DNA from: Lingula anatina
Taxonomy: Eukaryota; Animalia; Brachiopoda
Direction: 5' to 3'
DNA length: 64,000 nt
Assembly (NCBI GenBank): GCA_051362555.1
Contig: CM120640.1
Coordinates: 29,157,467-29,221,466 of the forward strand
A model generated the notes under the pieces. The model did no database searches and was not told where the DNA came from. It was given only the letters and a program-made list of their open reading frames with translations. Below are positions 1-15,000 of this stretch, piece after piece. Position 1 is the stretch's first letter. Every line of letters begins with the position of its first letter. The position numbers and the translations under genes are program-made.

Positions 1-3000
1 CATAGCATATACTTGAGTGACTTTTCTTGAACGAAAAAAATTTGTATAAATTTTATAGAAATAAGTAATATAGCCTTCCCCTAACCTCTAAAAACAGTCT
101 TATTAAAAGAAAATGATAATTTTAGTAAAATATTAAAGATCCAATTTTTTACTCCCTCTCTAGTCATCTACTGGCTTTCGGCCATTTTGCTATACTGACA
201 ATAGTTAAATGAGTGCAAAATATATTTTTTGCTTACTTTCCTCTTTTGATGAGATTATTTCAGTAATATAGGGAATTATAAACTTGTGTAACCAAATTCA
301 TGAATATGAGACCCAAATTAATTAAAATTATTAACAAAATGCTTCTCAACCCCCCCCCCTCAAATGTTATAAGTTTACATAGCTTCACATAGCATATACT
401 TGAGTGACTTTTCTTGAACGAAAAAAATTTGTATAAATTTTATAGAAATAAGTAATATAGCCTTCCCCTAACCTCTAAAAACAGTCTTATTAAAAGAAAA
501 TGATAATTTAAGTAAAATATTAAAGATCCCATTCTTTACCCCCTCTCTAGTCACCAACTGGCTTTCGGCCATTTTGCTATACTGTCAATAGTTAAATAGG
601 TGCAAAATATATTTTTGGCTTAGTTTCCTCTTTTGATCAGTTTATTTCAGTAATATAAGGGATTATAAACTTGTGTAACCAAATTCATCAATATGAGGCC
701 CAAATTAATTAAAATTATTAACAAAATACTTCTCAACCCCCCCCCCCTTCAAATGTTGTAAGTTAACATGGCTCCACATAGCATGTACTTGAGTGACTTT
801 TATTGAACGAAAAAAATTTGTATAAATTTTATAGAAATAAGTAATATAGCCTTTCCCTAACCTCCAAAAACAGTCTTATTAAAAGAGAATGATAATTTTA
901 GTAAAATATTAAAGATCCCATTCTTTACTCCCTCTCTAGTCATCAACCGGCTTTCGGCCATTTTGCTGTACTGACAATAGTTAAATAGGTGCAAAATATA
1001 TATTTTGGCTTACTTTCCTGTTTTGATGAGTTTATTTCAGTAATATAGGGAATTATAAACTTATGTAACCAAATTCATGAATATGTGACCCAAATTAATT
1101 AAAATTATTAACAAAATACTTCTCAACCCCCCCCTCAAATGTTGTAAGTTTACATAGCTCCACATAGCATATACTTGAGTGACTTTTATTGAACGAAAAA
1201 CTTTTATATAAATTTTATATAAATAAGTAATATAGCCTTTCCCTAACCTCTAAAAACAGTCTTATTAAAAGAGAATGATAATTTTAGTAAAATATTAAAG
1301 ATCCAATTTTTTACTCCCTCTCTAGTCATCTACTGGCTTTCGGCCATTTTGCTATACTGACAATAGTTAAATGAGTGCAAAATATATTTTTGGCTTACTT
1401 TCCTCTTTTGATAAGATTATTTCAGTAATATAGGGAATTATAAACTTGTGTAACCAAATTCATGAATATGAGACCCAAATTAATTAAAATTATTAACAAA
1501 ATGCTTCTCAACCCCCCCCCCTCAAATGTTATAAGTTTACATAGCTTCACATAGCATATACTTGAGTGACTTTTCTTGAACGAAAAAAATTTGTATAAAT
1601 TTTATAGAAATAAGTAATATAGCCTTCCCCTAACCTCTAAAAACAGTCTTATTAAAAGAAAATGATAATTTTAGTAAAATATTAAAGATCCAATTTTTTA
1701 CTCCCTCTCTAGTCATCTACTGGCTTTCGGCCATTTTGCTATACTGACAATAGTTAAATGAGTGCAAAATATATTTTTGGCTTACTTTCCTCTTTTGATG
1801 AGATTATTTCAGTAATATAGGGAATTATAAACTTGTGTAACCAAATTCATGAATATGAGACCCAAATTAATTAAAATTATTAACAAAATGCTTCTCAACC
1901 CCCCCCCCTTAAATGTTATAAGTTTACATAGCTTCACATAGCATATACTTGAGTGACTTTTCTTGAACGAAAAAAATTTGTATAAATTTTATAGAAATAA
2001 GTAATATAGCCTTTCCCTAACCTCCAAAAACAGTCTTACTAAAAGAAAATGATAATTTTAGTAAAATATTAAAGATCCCATTTTTACTCCCTCTCTAGTC
2101 ACCAACTGGCTTTCGGCCATTTTCCTATACTGACAATAGTTAAATAGGTGCAAAATATATATTTTGGCTTAGTTTCCTGTTTTGATAACTTTATTTCAGT
2201 AATATAGGGAATTATAAACTTGTGTAACCAAATTCATGAATATGTGACCCAAATTTATTAAAATTATTAACAAATAACTTCTCACCCCCCCCCCAAATGT
2301 TGTAAGTTTACATAGCTCCACATTGCATATACTTGAGTGACTTTTCTTGAACGAAAAAATTTTGTATAAATTTTATAGAAATAAGTAATATAGCCTTTCC
2401 ATAACCTCCAAAAACAGTCTTATTAAAAGAAAATGATAATTTTAGTAAAATATTAAAGATCCCATTCTTTACTCCCTCTCTAGTCATCTTGCTTTCGGCC
2501 ATTTTGCTATACTGACAATAGTAAAATGGGTGCAAAATATATTTTTGGCTTACTTTCCTGTTTTGGTGAGTTTATTTCAGTAATATAGTGAATTATAAAT
2601 TTGTGTAACCAAATTCAGGAATATGTGACAAAAATTTATTAAAATTATCAACAAAATTCTTTTCATCCCCCGCCCCCAGGCCAAACGTTGTAAGTTTACA
2701 TAGCTCCACAAAGCGTGTACTTGAGTGACTTTTATTGCACATCAAAAACTTGTATAAATTTTATAGATATTAGTAATATAGCCTTTCCCTAACCCCCAAA
2801 AACAGTCTTACTAAAAGAAAATGATAATTTTAGTAAAATATTAAAGATCCCATTCTTTATCCCCTCTCTAGTCATCAACTGGCTTTCGGCCATTTTGCTA
2901 TACTGACAATACTTAAATGGGTGCAAAATATATTTTTGGCTTACTTACCTGTATTGATAAGTTTATTACAGTAATATAGTGAATTAAAAATTTGTGTAAC

Positions 3001-6000
3001 CAAATTCAGGAATATGTGACAAAAATTTATTAAAATTATCAACAAAATACTTCTCAACCCCCCTCCCCTCAAATGTTGTAAGTTTACATAGCTCCACAAA
3101 GCATATACTTGAGTGACTTTTATTGAACGAAAAAATTTTGTATAAATTTTTTAGATAAAAGTAATATAGCCTTTCCCTAACCTACAAAAACAGTCTTGTT
3201 TTAAAAAAATGAAAATTTAAGTAAAATATTAAAGATCCCATTCTTTACCCCCTCTCTAGTCACCAACTGGCTTTCGGCCATTTTGCTATACTGTCAATAG
3301 TTAAATAGGTGCAAAATATATTTTTGGCTTAGTTTCCTCTTTTGATCAGTTTATTTCAGTAATATAAGGAATTATAAACTTGTGTAACCAAATTCATCAA
3401 TATGAGGCCCAAATTAATTAAAATTATTAACAAAATACTTCTCAACCCCCCCCCCCCTTCAAATGTTGTAAGTTTACATGGCTCCACATAGCATGTACTT
3501 GAGTGACTTTTATTGAACGAAAAAAATTTGTATAAATTTTATAGAAATAAGTAATATAGCCTTTCCCTAACCTCCAAAAACAGTCTTATTAAAAGAAAAT
3601 GATAATTTTAGTAAAATATTAAAGATCCCATTCTTTACTCCCTCTCTAGTCATCAACCGGCTTTCGGCCATTTTGCTGTACTGACAATAGTTAAATAGGT
3701 GCAAAATATATATTTTGGCTTACTTTCCTGTTTTGATGAGTTTATTTCAGTAATATAAGGAATTATAAACTTATGTAACCAAATTCATGAATATGTGACC
3801 CAAATTAATTAAAATTATTAACAAAATACTTCTCAACCCCCCCCTCAAATGTTGTAAGTTTACATAGCTCCACATAGCATATACTTGAGTGACTTTTATT
3901 GAACGAAAAACTTCTATATAAATTTTATATAAATAAGTAATATAGCCTTTCCCTAACCTCTAAAAACAGTCTTATTAAAAGAGAATGATAATTTTAGTAA
4001 AATATTAAAGATCCAATTTTTTACTCCCTCTCTAGTCATCTACTGGCTTTCGGCCATTTTGCTATACTGACAATAGTTAAATGAGTGCAAAATATATTTT
4101 TGGCTTACTTTCCTCTTTTGATAAGATTATTTCAGTAATATAGGGAATTATAAACTTGTGTAACCAAATTCATGAATATGAGACCCAAATTAATTAAAAT
4201 TATTAACAAAATGCTTCTCAACCCCCCCCCCCCTTAAATGTTATAAGTTTACATAGCTTCACATAGCATATACTTGAGTGACTTCTTGAACGAAAAAAAT
4301 TTGTATAAATTTTATAGAAATAAGTAATATAGCCTTTCCCTAACCTCCAAAAACAGTCTTACTAAAAGAAAATGATAATTTTAGTAAAATATTAAAGATC
4401 CCATTTTTACTCCCTCTCTAGTCACTAACTGGCTTTCGGCCATTTTCCTATACTGACAATAGTTAAATAGGTGCAAAATATATATTTTGGCTTAGTTTCC
4501 TGTTTTGATAAGTTTATTTCAGTAATATAGGGAATTATAAACTTATGTAACCAAATTCATGAATATGTGACCCAAATTAATTAAAATTATTAACAAAATA
4601 CTTCTCAACCCCCCCCTCAAATGTTGTAAGTTTACATAGCTCCACATTGCATATACTTGAGTGACTTTTCTTGAACGAAAAAATTTTATATAAATTTTAT
4701 AGAAATAAGTAATATAGCCTTTCCATAACCTCCAAAAACAGTCTTATTAAAAGAAAATGATAATTTTAGTAAAATATTAAAGATCCCATTCTTTACTCCC
4801 TCTCTAGTCATCTTGCTTTCGGCCATTTTGCTATACTGACAATAGTAAAATGGGTGCAAAATATATTTTTGGCTTACTTTCCTGTTTTGGTGAGTTTATT
4901 TCAGTAATATAGTGAATTATAAATTTGTGTAACCAAATTCAGGAATATGTGACAAAAATTTATTAAAATTATCAACAAAATTCTTTTCATCCCCCGCCCC
5001 AAGGCCAAACGTTGTAAGTTTACATAGCTCCACAAAACGTGTACTTGAGTGACTTTTATTGCACATCAAAAACTTGTATAAATTTTATAGATATTAGTAA
5101 TATAGCCTTTCCCTAACCCCCAAAAACAGTCTTACTAAAAGAAAATGATAATTTTAGTAAAATATTAAAGATCCCATTCTTTATCCCCTCTCTAGTCATC
5201 AACTGGCTTTCGGCCATTTTGCTATACTGACAATACTTAAATGGGTGCAAAATTTATTTTTGGCTTACTTTCCTGTATTGATAAGTTTATTACAGTAATA
5301 TAGTGAATTAAAAATTTCTGTAACCAAATTCAGGAATATGTGACAAAAATTTATTAAAATTATCAACAAAATACTTCTCAACCCCCCCCCCTCAAATGTT
5401 GTAAGTTTACATAGCTCCACAAAGCATATACTTGAGTGACTTTTATTGAATGAAAAAATTTTGTATAAATTTTTTAGATAAAAGTAATATAGCCTTTCCC
5501 TAACCTACAAAAACAGTCTTGTTTTAAAAAAATGAAAATTTAAGTAAAATATTAAAGATCCCATTCTTTACCCCCTCTCTAGTCACCAACTGGCTTTCGG
5601 CCATTTTGCTATACTGTCAATAGTTAAATAGGTGCAAAATATATTTTTGGCTTAGTTTCCTCTTTTGATCAGTTTATTTCAGTAATATAAGGAATTATAA
5701 ACTTGTGTAACCAAATTCATCAATATGAGGCCCAAATTAATTAAAATTATTAACAAAATACTTCTCAACCCCCCCCCCCCTTCAAATGTTTTAAGTTTAC
5801 ATGGCTCCACATAGCATGTACTTGAGTGACTTTTTTTGAACGAAAAAAATTTGTATAAATTTTATAGAAATAAGTAATATAGCCTTTCCCTAACCTCCAA
5901 AAACAGTCTTATTAAAAGAAAATGATAATTTTAGTAAAATATTAAAGATCCCATTCTTTACTCCCTCTCTAGTCATCAACCGGCTTTCGGCCATTTTGCT

Positions 6001-9000
6001 GTACTGACAATAGTTAAATAGGTGCAAAATATATATTTTGGCTTACTTTCCTGTTTTGATGAGTTTATTTCAGTAATATAGGGAATTATAAACTTATGTA
6101 ACCAAATTCATGAATATGTGACCCAAATTAATTAAAATTATTAACAAAATACTTCTCAACCCCCCCCTCAAATGTTGTAAGTTTACATAGCTCCACATAG
6201 CATATACTTGAGTGACTTTTATTGAACGAAAAACTTTTATATAAATTTTATATAAATAAGTAATATAGCCTTTCCCTAACCTCTAAAAACAGTCTTATTA
6301 AAAGAGAATGATAATTTTAGTAAAATATTAAAGATCCAATTTTTTACTCCCTCTCTAGTCATCTACTGGCTTTCGGCCATTTTGCTATACTGACAATAGT
6401 TAAATGAGTGCAAAATATATTTTTGGCTTACTTTCCTCTTTTGATAAGATTATTTCAGTAATATAGGGAATTATAAACTTGTGTAACCAAATTCATGAAT
6501 ATGAGACCCAAATTAATTAAAATTATTAACAAAATGCTTCTCAACCCCCCCCCTCAAATGTTATAAGTTTACATAGCTTCACATAGCATATACTTGAGTG
6601 ACTTTTCTTGAACGAAAAAAATTTGTATAAATTTTATAGAAATAAGTAATATAGCCTTCCCCTAACCTCTAAAAACAGTCTTATTAAAAGAAAATGATAA
6701 TTTTAGTAAAATATTAAAGATCCAATTTTTTACTCCCTCTCTAGTCATCTACTGGCTTTCGGCCATTTTGCTATACTGACAATAGTTAAATGAGTGCAAA
6801 ATATATTTTTGGCTTACTTTCCTCTTTTGATAAGATTATTTCAGTAATATAGGGAATTATAAACTTGTGTAACCAAATTCATGAATATGAGACCCAAATT
6901 AATTAAAATTATTAACAAAATGCTTCTCAACCCCCCCCCCTTAAATGTTATAAGTTTACATAGCTTCACATAGCATATACTTGAGTGACTTCTTGAACGA
7001 AAAAAATTTGTATAAATTTTATAGAAATAAGTAATATAGCCTTTCCCTAACCTCCAAAAACAGTCTTACTAAAAGAAAATGATAATTTTAGTAAAATATT
7101 AAAGATCCCATTTTTACTCCCTCTCTAGTCACCAACTGGCTTTCGGCCATTTTCCTATACTGACAATAGTTAAATAGGTGCAAAATATATATTTTGGCTT
7201 AGTTTCCTGTTTTGATGAGTTTATTTCAGTAATATAGGGAATTATAAACTTATGTAACCAAATTCATGAATATGTGACCCAAATTTATTAAAATTATTAA
7301 CAAATAACTTCTCACCCCCCCCCCCCAAATGTTGTAAGTTTACATAGCTCCACATTGCATATACTTGAGTGACTTTTCTTGAACGAAAAAATTTTATATA
7401 AATTTTATAGAAATAAGTAATATAGCCTTTCCATAACCTCCAAAAACAGTCTTATTAAAAGAAAATGATAATTTTAGTAAAATATTAAAGATCCCATTCT
7501 TTACTCCCTCTCTAGTCATCAACTGGCTTTCGGCCATTTTGCTATACTGACAATAGTAAAATGGGTGCAAAATATATTTTTGGCTTACTTTCCTGTTTTG
7601 GTGAGTTTATTTCAGTAATATAGTGAATTATAAATTTGTGTAACCAAATTCAGGAATATGTGACAAAAATTTATTAAAATTATCAACAAAATTCTTTTCA
7701 TCCCCCGCCCCCAGGCCAAACGTTGTAAGTTTACATAGCTCCACAAAGCGTGTACTTGAGTGACTTTTATTGCACATCAAAAACTTGTATAAATTTTATA
7801 GATATTAGTAATATAGCCTTTCCCTAACCCCCAAAAACAGTCTTACTAAAAGAAAATGATAATTTTAGTAAAATATTAAAGATCCCATTCTTTATCCCCT
7901 CTCTAGTCATCAACTGGCTTTCGGCCATTTTGCTATACTGACAATACTTAAATGGGTGCAAAATATATTTTTGGCTTACTTACCTGTATTGATAAGTTTA
8001 TTACAGTAATATAGTGAATTAAAAATTTGTGTAACCAAATTCAGGAATATGTGACAAAAATTTATTAAAATTATCAACAAAATACTTCTCAACCCCCCTC
8101 CCCTCAAATGTTGTAAGTTTACATAGCTCCACAAAGCATATACTTGAGTGACTTTTATTGAACGAAAAAATTTTGTATAAATTTTTTAGATAAAAGTAAT
8201 ATAGCCTTTCCCTAACCTACAAAAACAGTCTTGTTTTAAAAAAATGAAAATTTAAGTAAAATATTAAAGATCCCATTCTTTACCCCCTCTCTAGTCACCA
8301 ACTGGCTTTCGGCCATTTTGCTATACTGTCAATAGTTAAATAGGTGCAAAATATATTTTTGGCTTAGTTTCCTCTTTTGATCAGTTTATTTCAGTAATAT
8401 AAGGAATTATAAACTTGTGTAACCAAATTCATCAATATGAGGCCCAAATTAATTAAAATTATTAACAAAATACTTCTCAACCCCCCCCCCCTTCAAATGT
8501 TGTAAGTTTACATGGCTCCACATAGCATGTACTTGAGTGACTTTTATTGAACGAAAAAAATTTGTATAAATTTTATAGAAATAAGTAATATAGCCTTTCC
8601 CTAACCTCCAAAAACAGTCTTATTAAAAGAAAATGATAATTTTAGTAAAATATTAAAGATCCCATTCTTTACTCCCTCTCTAGTCATCAACCGGCTTTCG
8701 GCCATTTTGCTGTACTGACAATAGTTAAATAGGTGCAAAATATATATTTTGGCTTACTTTCCTGTTTTGATGAGTTTATTTCAGTAATATAGGGAATTAT
8801 AAACTTATGTAACCAAATTCATGAATATGTGACCCAAATTAATTAAAATTATTAACAAAATACTTCTCAACCCCCCCCTCAAATGTTGTAAGTTTACATA
8901 GCTCCACATAGCATATACTTGAGTGACTTTTATTGAACGAAAAACTTTTATATAAATTTTATATAAATAAGTAATATAGCCTTTCCCTAACCTCTAAAAA

Positions 9001-12000
9001 CAGTCTTATTAAAAGAGAATGATAATTTTAGTAAAATATTAAAGATCCAATTTTTTACTCCCTCTCTAGTCATCTACTGGCTTTCGGCCATTTTGCTATA
9101 CTGACAATAGTTAAATGAGTGCAAAATATATTTTTGGCTTACTTTCCTCTTTTGATAAGATTATTTCAGTAATATAGGGAATTATAAACTTGTGTAACCA
9201 AATTCATGAATATGAGACCCAAATTAATTAAAATTATTAACAAAATGCTTCTCAACCCCCCCCCTCAAATGTTATAAGTTTACATAGCTTCACATAGCAT
9301 ATACTTGAGTGACTTTTCTTGAACGAAAAAAATTTGTATAAATTTTATAGAAATAAGTAATATAGCCTTCCCCTAACCTCTAAAAACAGTCTTATTAAAA
9401 GAAAATGATAATTTTAGTAAAATATTAAAGATCCAATTTTTTACTCCCTCTCTAGTCATCTACTGGCTTTCGGCCATTTTGCTATACTGACAATAGTTAA
9501 ATGAGTGCAAAATATATTTTTGGCTTACTTTCCTCTTTTGATAAGATTATTTCAGTAATATAGGGAATTATAAACTTGTGTAACCAAATTCATGAATATG
9601 AGACCCAAATTAATTAAAATTATTAACAAAATGCTTCTCAACCCCCCCCCCCTTAAATGTTATAAGTTTACATAGCTTCACATAGCATATACTTGAGTGA
9701 CTTCTTGAACGAAAAAAATTTGTATAAATTTTATAGAAATAAGTAATATAGCCTTTCCCTAACCTCCAAAAACAGTCTTACTAAAAGAAAATGATAATTT
9801 TAGTAAAATATTAAAGATCCCATTTTTACTCCCTCTCTAGTCACCAACTGGCTTTCGGCCATTTTCCTATACTGACAATAGTTAAATAGGTGCAAAATAT
9901 ATATTTTGGCTTAGTTTCCTGTTTTGATGAGTTTATTTCAGTAATATAGGGAATTATAAACTTATGTAACCAAATTCATGAATATGTGACCCAAATTTAT
10001 TAAAATTATTAACAAATAACTTCTCACCCCCCCCCCCCCCCAAATGTTGTAAGTTTACATAGCTCCACATTGCATATACTTGAGTGACTTTTCTTGAACG
10101 AAAAAATTTTATATAAATTTTATAGAAATAAGTAATATAGCCTTTCCATAACCTCCAAAAACAGTCTTATTAAAAGAAAATGATAATTTTAGTAAAATAT
10201 TAAAGATCCCATTCTTTACTCCCTCTCTAGTCATCAACTGGCTTTCGGCCATTTTGCTATACTGACAATAGTAAAATGGGTGCAAAATATATTTTTGGCT
10301 TACTTTCCTGTTTTGGTGAGTTTATTTCAGTAATATAGTGAATTATAAATTTGTGTAACCAAATTCAGGAATATGTGACAAAAATTTATTAAAATTATCA
10401 ACAAAATTCTTTTCATCCCCCGCCCCCAGGCCAAACGTTGTAAGTTTACATAGCTCCACAAAGCGTGTACTTGAGTGACTTTTATTGCACATCAAAAACT
10501 TGTATAAATTTTATAGATATTAGTAATATAGCCTTTCCCTAACCCCCAAAAACAGTCTTACTAAAAGAAAATGATAATTTTAGTAAAATATTAAAGATCC
10601 CATTCTTTATCCCCTCTCTAGTCATCAACTGGCTTTCGGCCATTTTGCTATACTGACAATACTTAAATGGGTGCAAAATATATTTTTGGCTTACTTACCT
10701 GTATTGATAAGTTTATTACAGTAATATAGTGAATTAAAAATTTGTGTAACCAAATTCAGGAATATGTGACAAAAATTTATTAAAATTATCAACAAAATAC
10801 TTCTCAACCCCCCTCCCCTCAAATGTTGTAAGTTTACATAGCTCCACAAAGCATATACTTGAGTGACTTTTATTGAACGAAAAAATTTTGTATAAATTTT
10901 TTAGATAAAAGTAATATAGCCTTTCCCTAACCTACAAAAACAGTCTTGTTTTAAAAAAATGAAAATTTAAGTAAAATATTAAAGATCCCATTCTTTACCC
11001 CCTCTCTAGTCACCAACTGGCTTTCGGCCATTTTGCTATACTGTCAATAGTTAAATAGGTGCAAAATATATTTTTGGCTTAGTTTCCTCTTTTGATCAGT
11101 TTATTTCAGTAATATAAGGAATTATAAACTTGTGTAACCAAATTCATCAATATGAGGCCCAAATTAATTAAAATTATTAACAAAATACTTCTCAACCCCC
11201 CCCCCCTTCAAATGTTGTAAGTTTACATGGCTCCACATAGCATGTACTTGAGTGACTTTTATTGAACGAAAAAAATTTGTATAAATTTTATAGAAATAAG
11301 TAATATAGCCTTTCCCTAACCTCCAAAAACAGTCTTATTAAAAGAAAATGATAATTTTAGTAAAATATTAAAGATCCCATTCTTTACTCCCTCTCTAGTC
11401 ATCAACCGGCTTTCGGCCATTTTGCTGTACTGACAATAGTTAAATAGGTGCAAAATATATATTTTGGCTTACTTTCCTGTTTTGATGAGTTTATTTCAGT
11501 AATATAGGGAATTATAAACTTATGTAACCAAATTCATGAATATGTGACCCAAATTAATTAAAATTATTAACAAAATACTTCTCAACCCCACCCTCAAATG
11601 TTGTAAGTTTACATAGCTCCACATAGCATATACTTGAGTGACTTTTATTGAACGAAAAACTTTTATATAAATTTTATATAAATAAGTAATATAGCCTTTC
11701 CCTAACCTCTAAAAACAGTCTTATTAAAAGAGAATGATAATTTTAGTAAAATATTAAAGATCCAATTTTTTACTCCCTCTCTAGTCATCTACTGGCTTTC
11801 GGCCATTTTGCTATACTGACAATAGTTAAATGAGTGCAAAATATATTTTTGGCTTACTTTCCTCTTTTGATAAGATTATTTCAGTAATATAGGGAATTAT
11901 AAACTTGTGTAACCAAATTCATGAATATGAGACCCAAATTAATTAAAATTATTAACAAAATGCTTCTCAACCCCCCCCCCCCCTCAAATGTTATAAGTTT

Positions 12001-15000
12001 ACATAGCTTCACATAGCATATACTTGAGTGACTTTTCTTGAACGAAAAAAATTTGTATAAATTTTATAGAAATAAGTAATATAGCCTTTCCCTAACCTCC
12101 AAAAACAGTCTTACTAAAAGAAAATGATAATTTTAGTAAAATATTAAAGATCCCATTTTTACTCCCTCTCTAGTCACCAACTGGCTTTCGGCCATTTTCC
12201 TATACTGACAATAGTTAAATAGGTGCAAAATATATATTTTGGCTTAGTTTCCTGTTTTGATAACTTTATTTCAGTAATATAGGGAATTATAAACTTGTGT
12301 AACCAAATTCATGAATATGTGACCCAAATTTATTAAAATTATTAACAAATAACTTCTCACCCCCCCCCCCCCAAATGTTGTAAGTTTACATAGCTCCACA
12401 TTGCATATACTTGAGTGACTTTTCTTGAACGAAAAAATTTTATATAAATTTTATAGAAATAAGTAATATAGCCTTTCCATAACCTCCAAAAACAGTCTTA
12501 TTAAAAGAATGAAAATTTAAGTAAAATATTAAAGATCCCATTCTTTATCCCTTCTCTAGTCACCAACTGGCTTTCGGCCATATTGCTGTGCTGACAATAG
12601 TTAAATAGGTGCAAAATATATTTTTGGCTTAGTTTCCTCTTTTGATGAGATTATTTCAGTAATATAGGGAATTATAAACTTGTGTAACCAAATTCATGAA
12701 TATGAGACCCAAATTAATTAAAATTATTAACAAATTGCTTCTCAACCCCCCCCCCTCAAATGTTATAAGTTTACATAGCTTCACATAGCATATACTTGAG
12801 TGACTTTTCTTGAAGGAAAACATTTTGTATAAATTTTATAGAAATAAGTAATATAGCCTTTCCCAAACCTCCAAAAACAGTCTTATTAAAAGAAAATGAT
12901 AATTTTAGTAAAATATTAAAGATCCCATTCTTTACTCCCTCTCTAGTCATCAACCGGCTTTCGACCATTTTGCTGTACTGACAATAGTTAAATAGGTGCA
13001 AAATATATATTTTGGCTTATTTTCCTGTTTTGATGAGTTTATTTCAGTAATATAGGGAATTATAAACTTATGTAACCAAATTCATGAATATGTGACCCAA
13101 ATTAATTAAAATTATTAACAAAATACTTCTCAACCCCCCCCTCAAATGTTGTAAGTTTACATAGCTCCACATAGCATATACTTAAGTGACTTTTATTGAA
13201 CGAAAAACTTTTGTATAAATTTTATATAAATAAGTAATATAGCCTTTCCCTAACCTCTAAAAACAGTCTTCTTAAAAGAAAATGATAATTTTAGTAAAAT
13301 ATTAAAGATCCAATTTTTTACTCCCTCTCTAGTCATCTATTGGCTTTCGGCCATTTTGCTATACTGAGAATAGTTAAATGAGTGCAAAATATATTTTTGG
13401 CTTAGTTTCCTCTTTTGATAAGATTATTTCAGTAATATAGGGAATTATAAACTTGTGTAACCAAATTCATGAATATGAGACCCAAATTAATTAAAATTAT
13501 TAACAAAATGCTTCTCAAACCCCCCCCTCAAATGTTGTAAGTTTACATAGCTTCACATAGCATATACTTGAGTGACTTTTCTTGAACGAAAAAAATTTGT
13601 ATAAATTTTATAGAAATAAGTAATATAGCCTTCCCCTAACCTCTAAAAACAGTCTTATTTAAAGAAAATGATAATTTTAGTAAAATATTAAAGATCCAAT
13701 TTTTCACTCCCTCTCTAGTCATCTACTGGCTTTCGGCCATTTTGCTATACTGACAATAGTTAAATGAGTGCAAAATATATTTTTGGCTTACTTTCCTCTT
13801 TTGATAAGATTATTTCAGTAATATAGGGAATTATAAACTTGTGTAACCAAATTCATGAATATGAGACCCAAATTAATTAAAATTATTAACAAAATGCTTC
13901 TCAACCCCCCCCCCCCCTTAAATGTTATAAGTTTACATAGCTTCACATAGCATATACTTGAGTGACTTTTCTTGAACGAAAAAAATTTGTATAAATTTTA
14001 TAGAAATAAGTAATATAGCCTTTCCCTAACCTCCAAAAACAGTCTTACTAAAAGAAAATGATAATTTTAGTAAAATATTAAAGATCCCATTTTTACTCCC
14101 TCTCTAGTCACCAACTGGCTTTCGGCCATTTTCCTATACTGACAATAGTTAAATAGGTGCAAAATATATATTTTGGCTTAGTTTCCTGTTTTGATAACTT
14201 TATTTCAGTAATATAGGGAATTATAAACTTGTGTAACCAAATTCATGAATATGTGACCCAAATTTATTAAAATTATTAACAAATAACTTCTCACCCCCCC
14301 CCCAAATGTTGTAAGTTTACATAGCTCCACATTGCATATACTTGAGTGACTTTTCTTGAACGAAAAAATTTTATATAAATTTTATAGAAATAAGTAATAT
14401 AGCCTTTCCATAACCTCCAAAAACAGTCTTATTAAAAGAAAATGATAATTTTAGTAAAATATTAAAGATCCCATTCTTTGCTCCCTCTCTAGTCATCAAC
14501 TGGCTTTCGGCCATTTTGCTATACTGACAATAGTAAAATGGGTGCAAAATATATTTTTGGCTTACTTTCCTGTTTTGGTGAGTTTATTTCAGTAATATAG
14601 TGAATTATAAATTTGTGTAACCAAATTCAGGAATATGTGACAAAAATTTATTAAAATTATCAACAAAATTCTTTTCATCCCCCGCCCCCAGGCCAAACGT
14701 TGTAAGTTTACATAGCTCCACAAAGCGTGTACTTGAGTGACTTTTATTGCACATAAAAAACTTGTATAAATTTTATAGATATTAGTAATATAGCCTTTCC
14801 CTAACCAAAAAAACAGTCTTGTTTTAAAAGAATGAAAATTTTAGTAAAATATTACAGATCCCATTCTTTACCCCCTCTCTAGTCACCAACTGGCTTTCGG
14901 CCATTTTGCTGTACTGACAATAGTTAAATGGGTGCAAAATATATTTTTGGCTTACTTTCCTGTTTTGATGAGTTTATTTCAGTAATATAGGGAATTATAA

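Noticed and set aside
78-88. Telomere-like CCCTAACC in most satellite monomers
   Set aside because: It is a single non-tandem hexamer, mutated in several variants (CCATAACC, CCCAAACC), so it is not evidence of telomeric origin.
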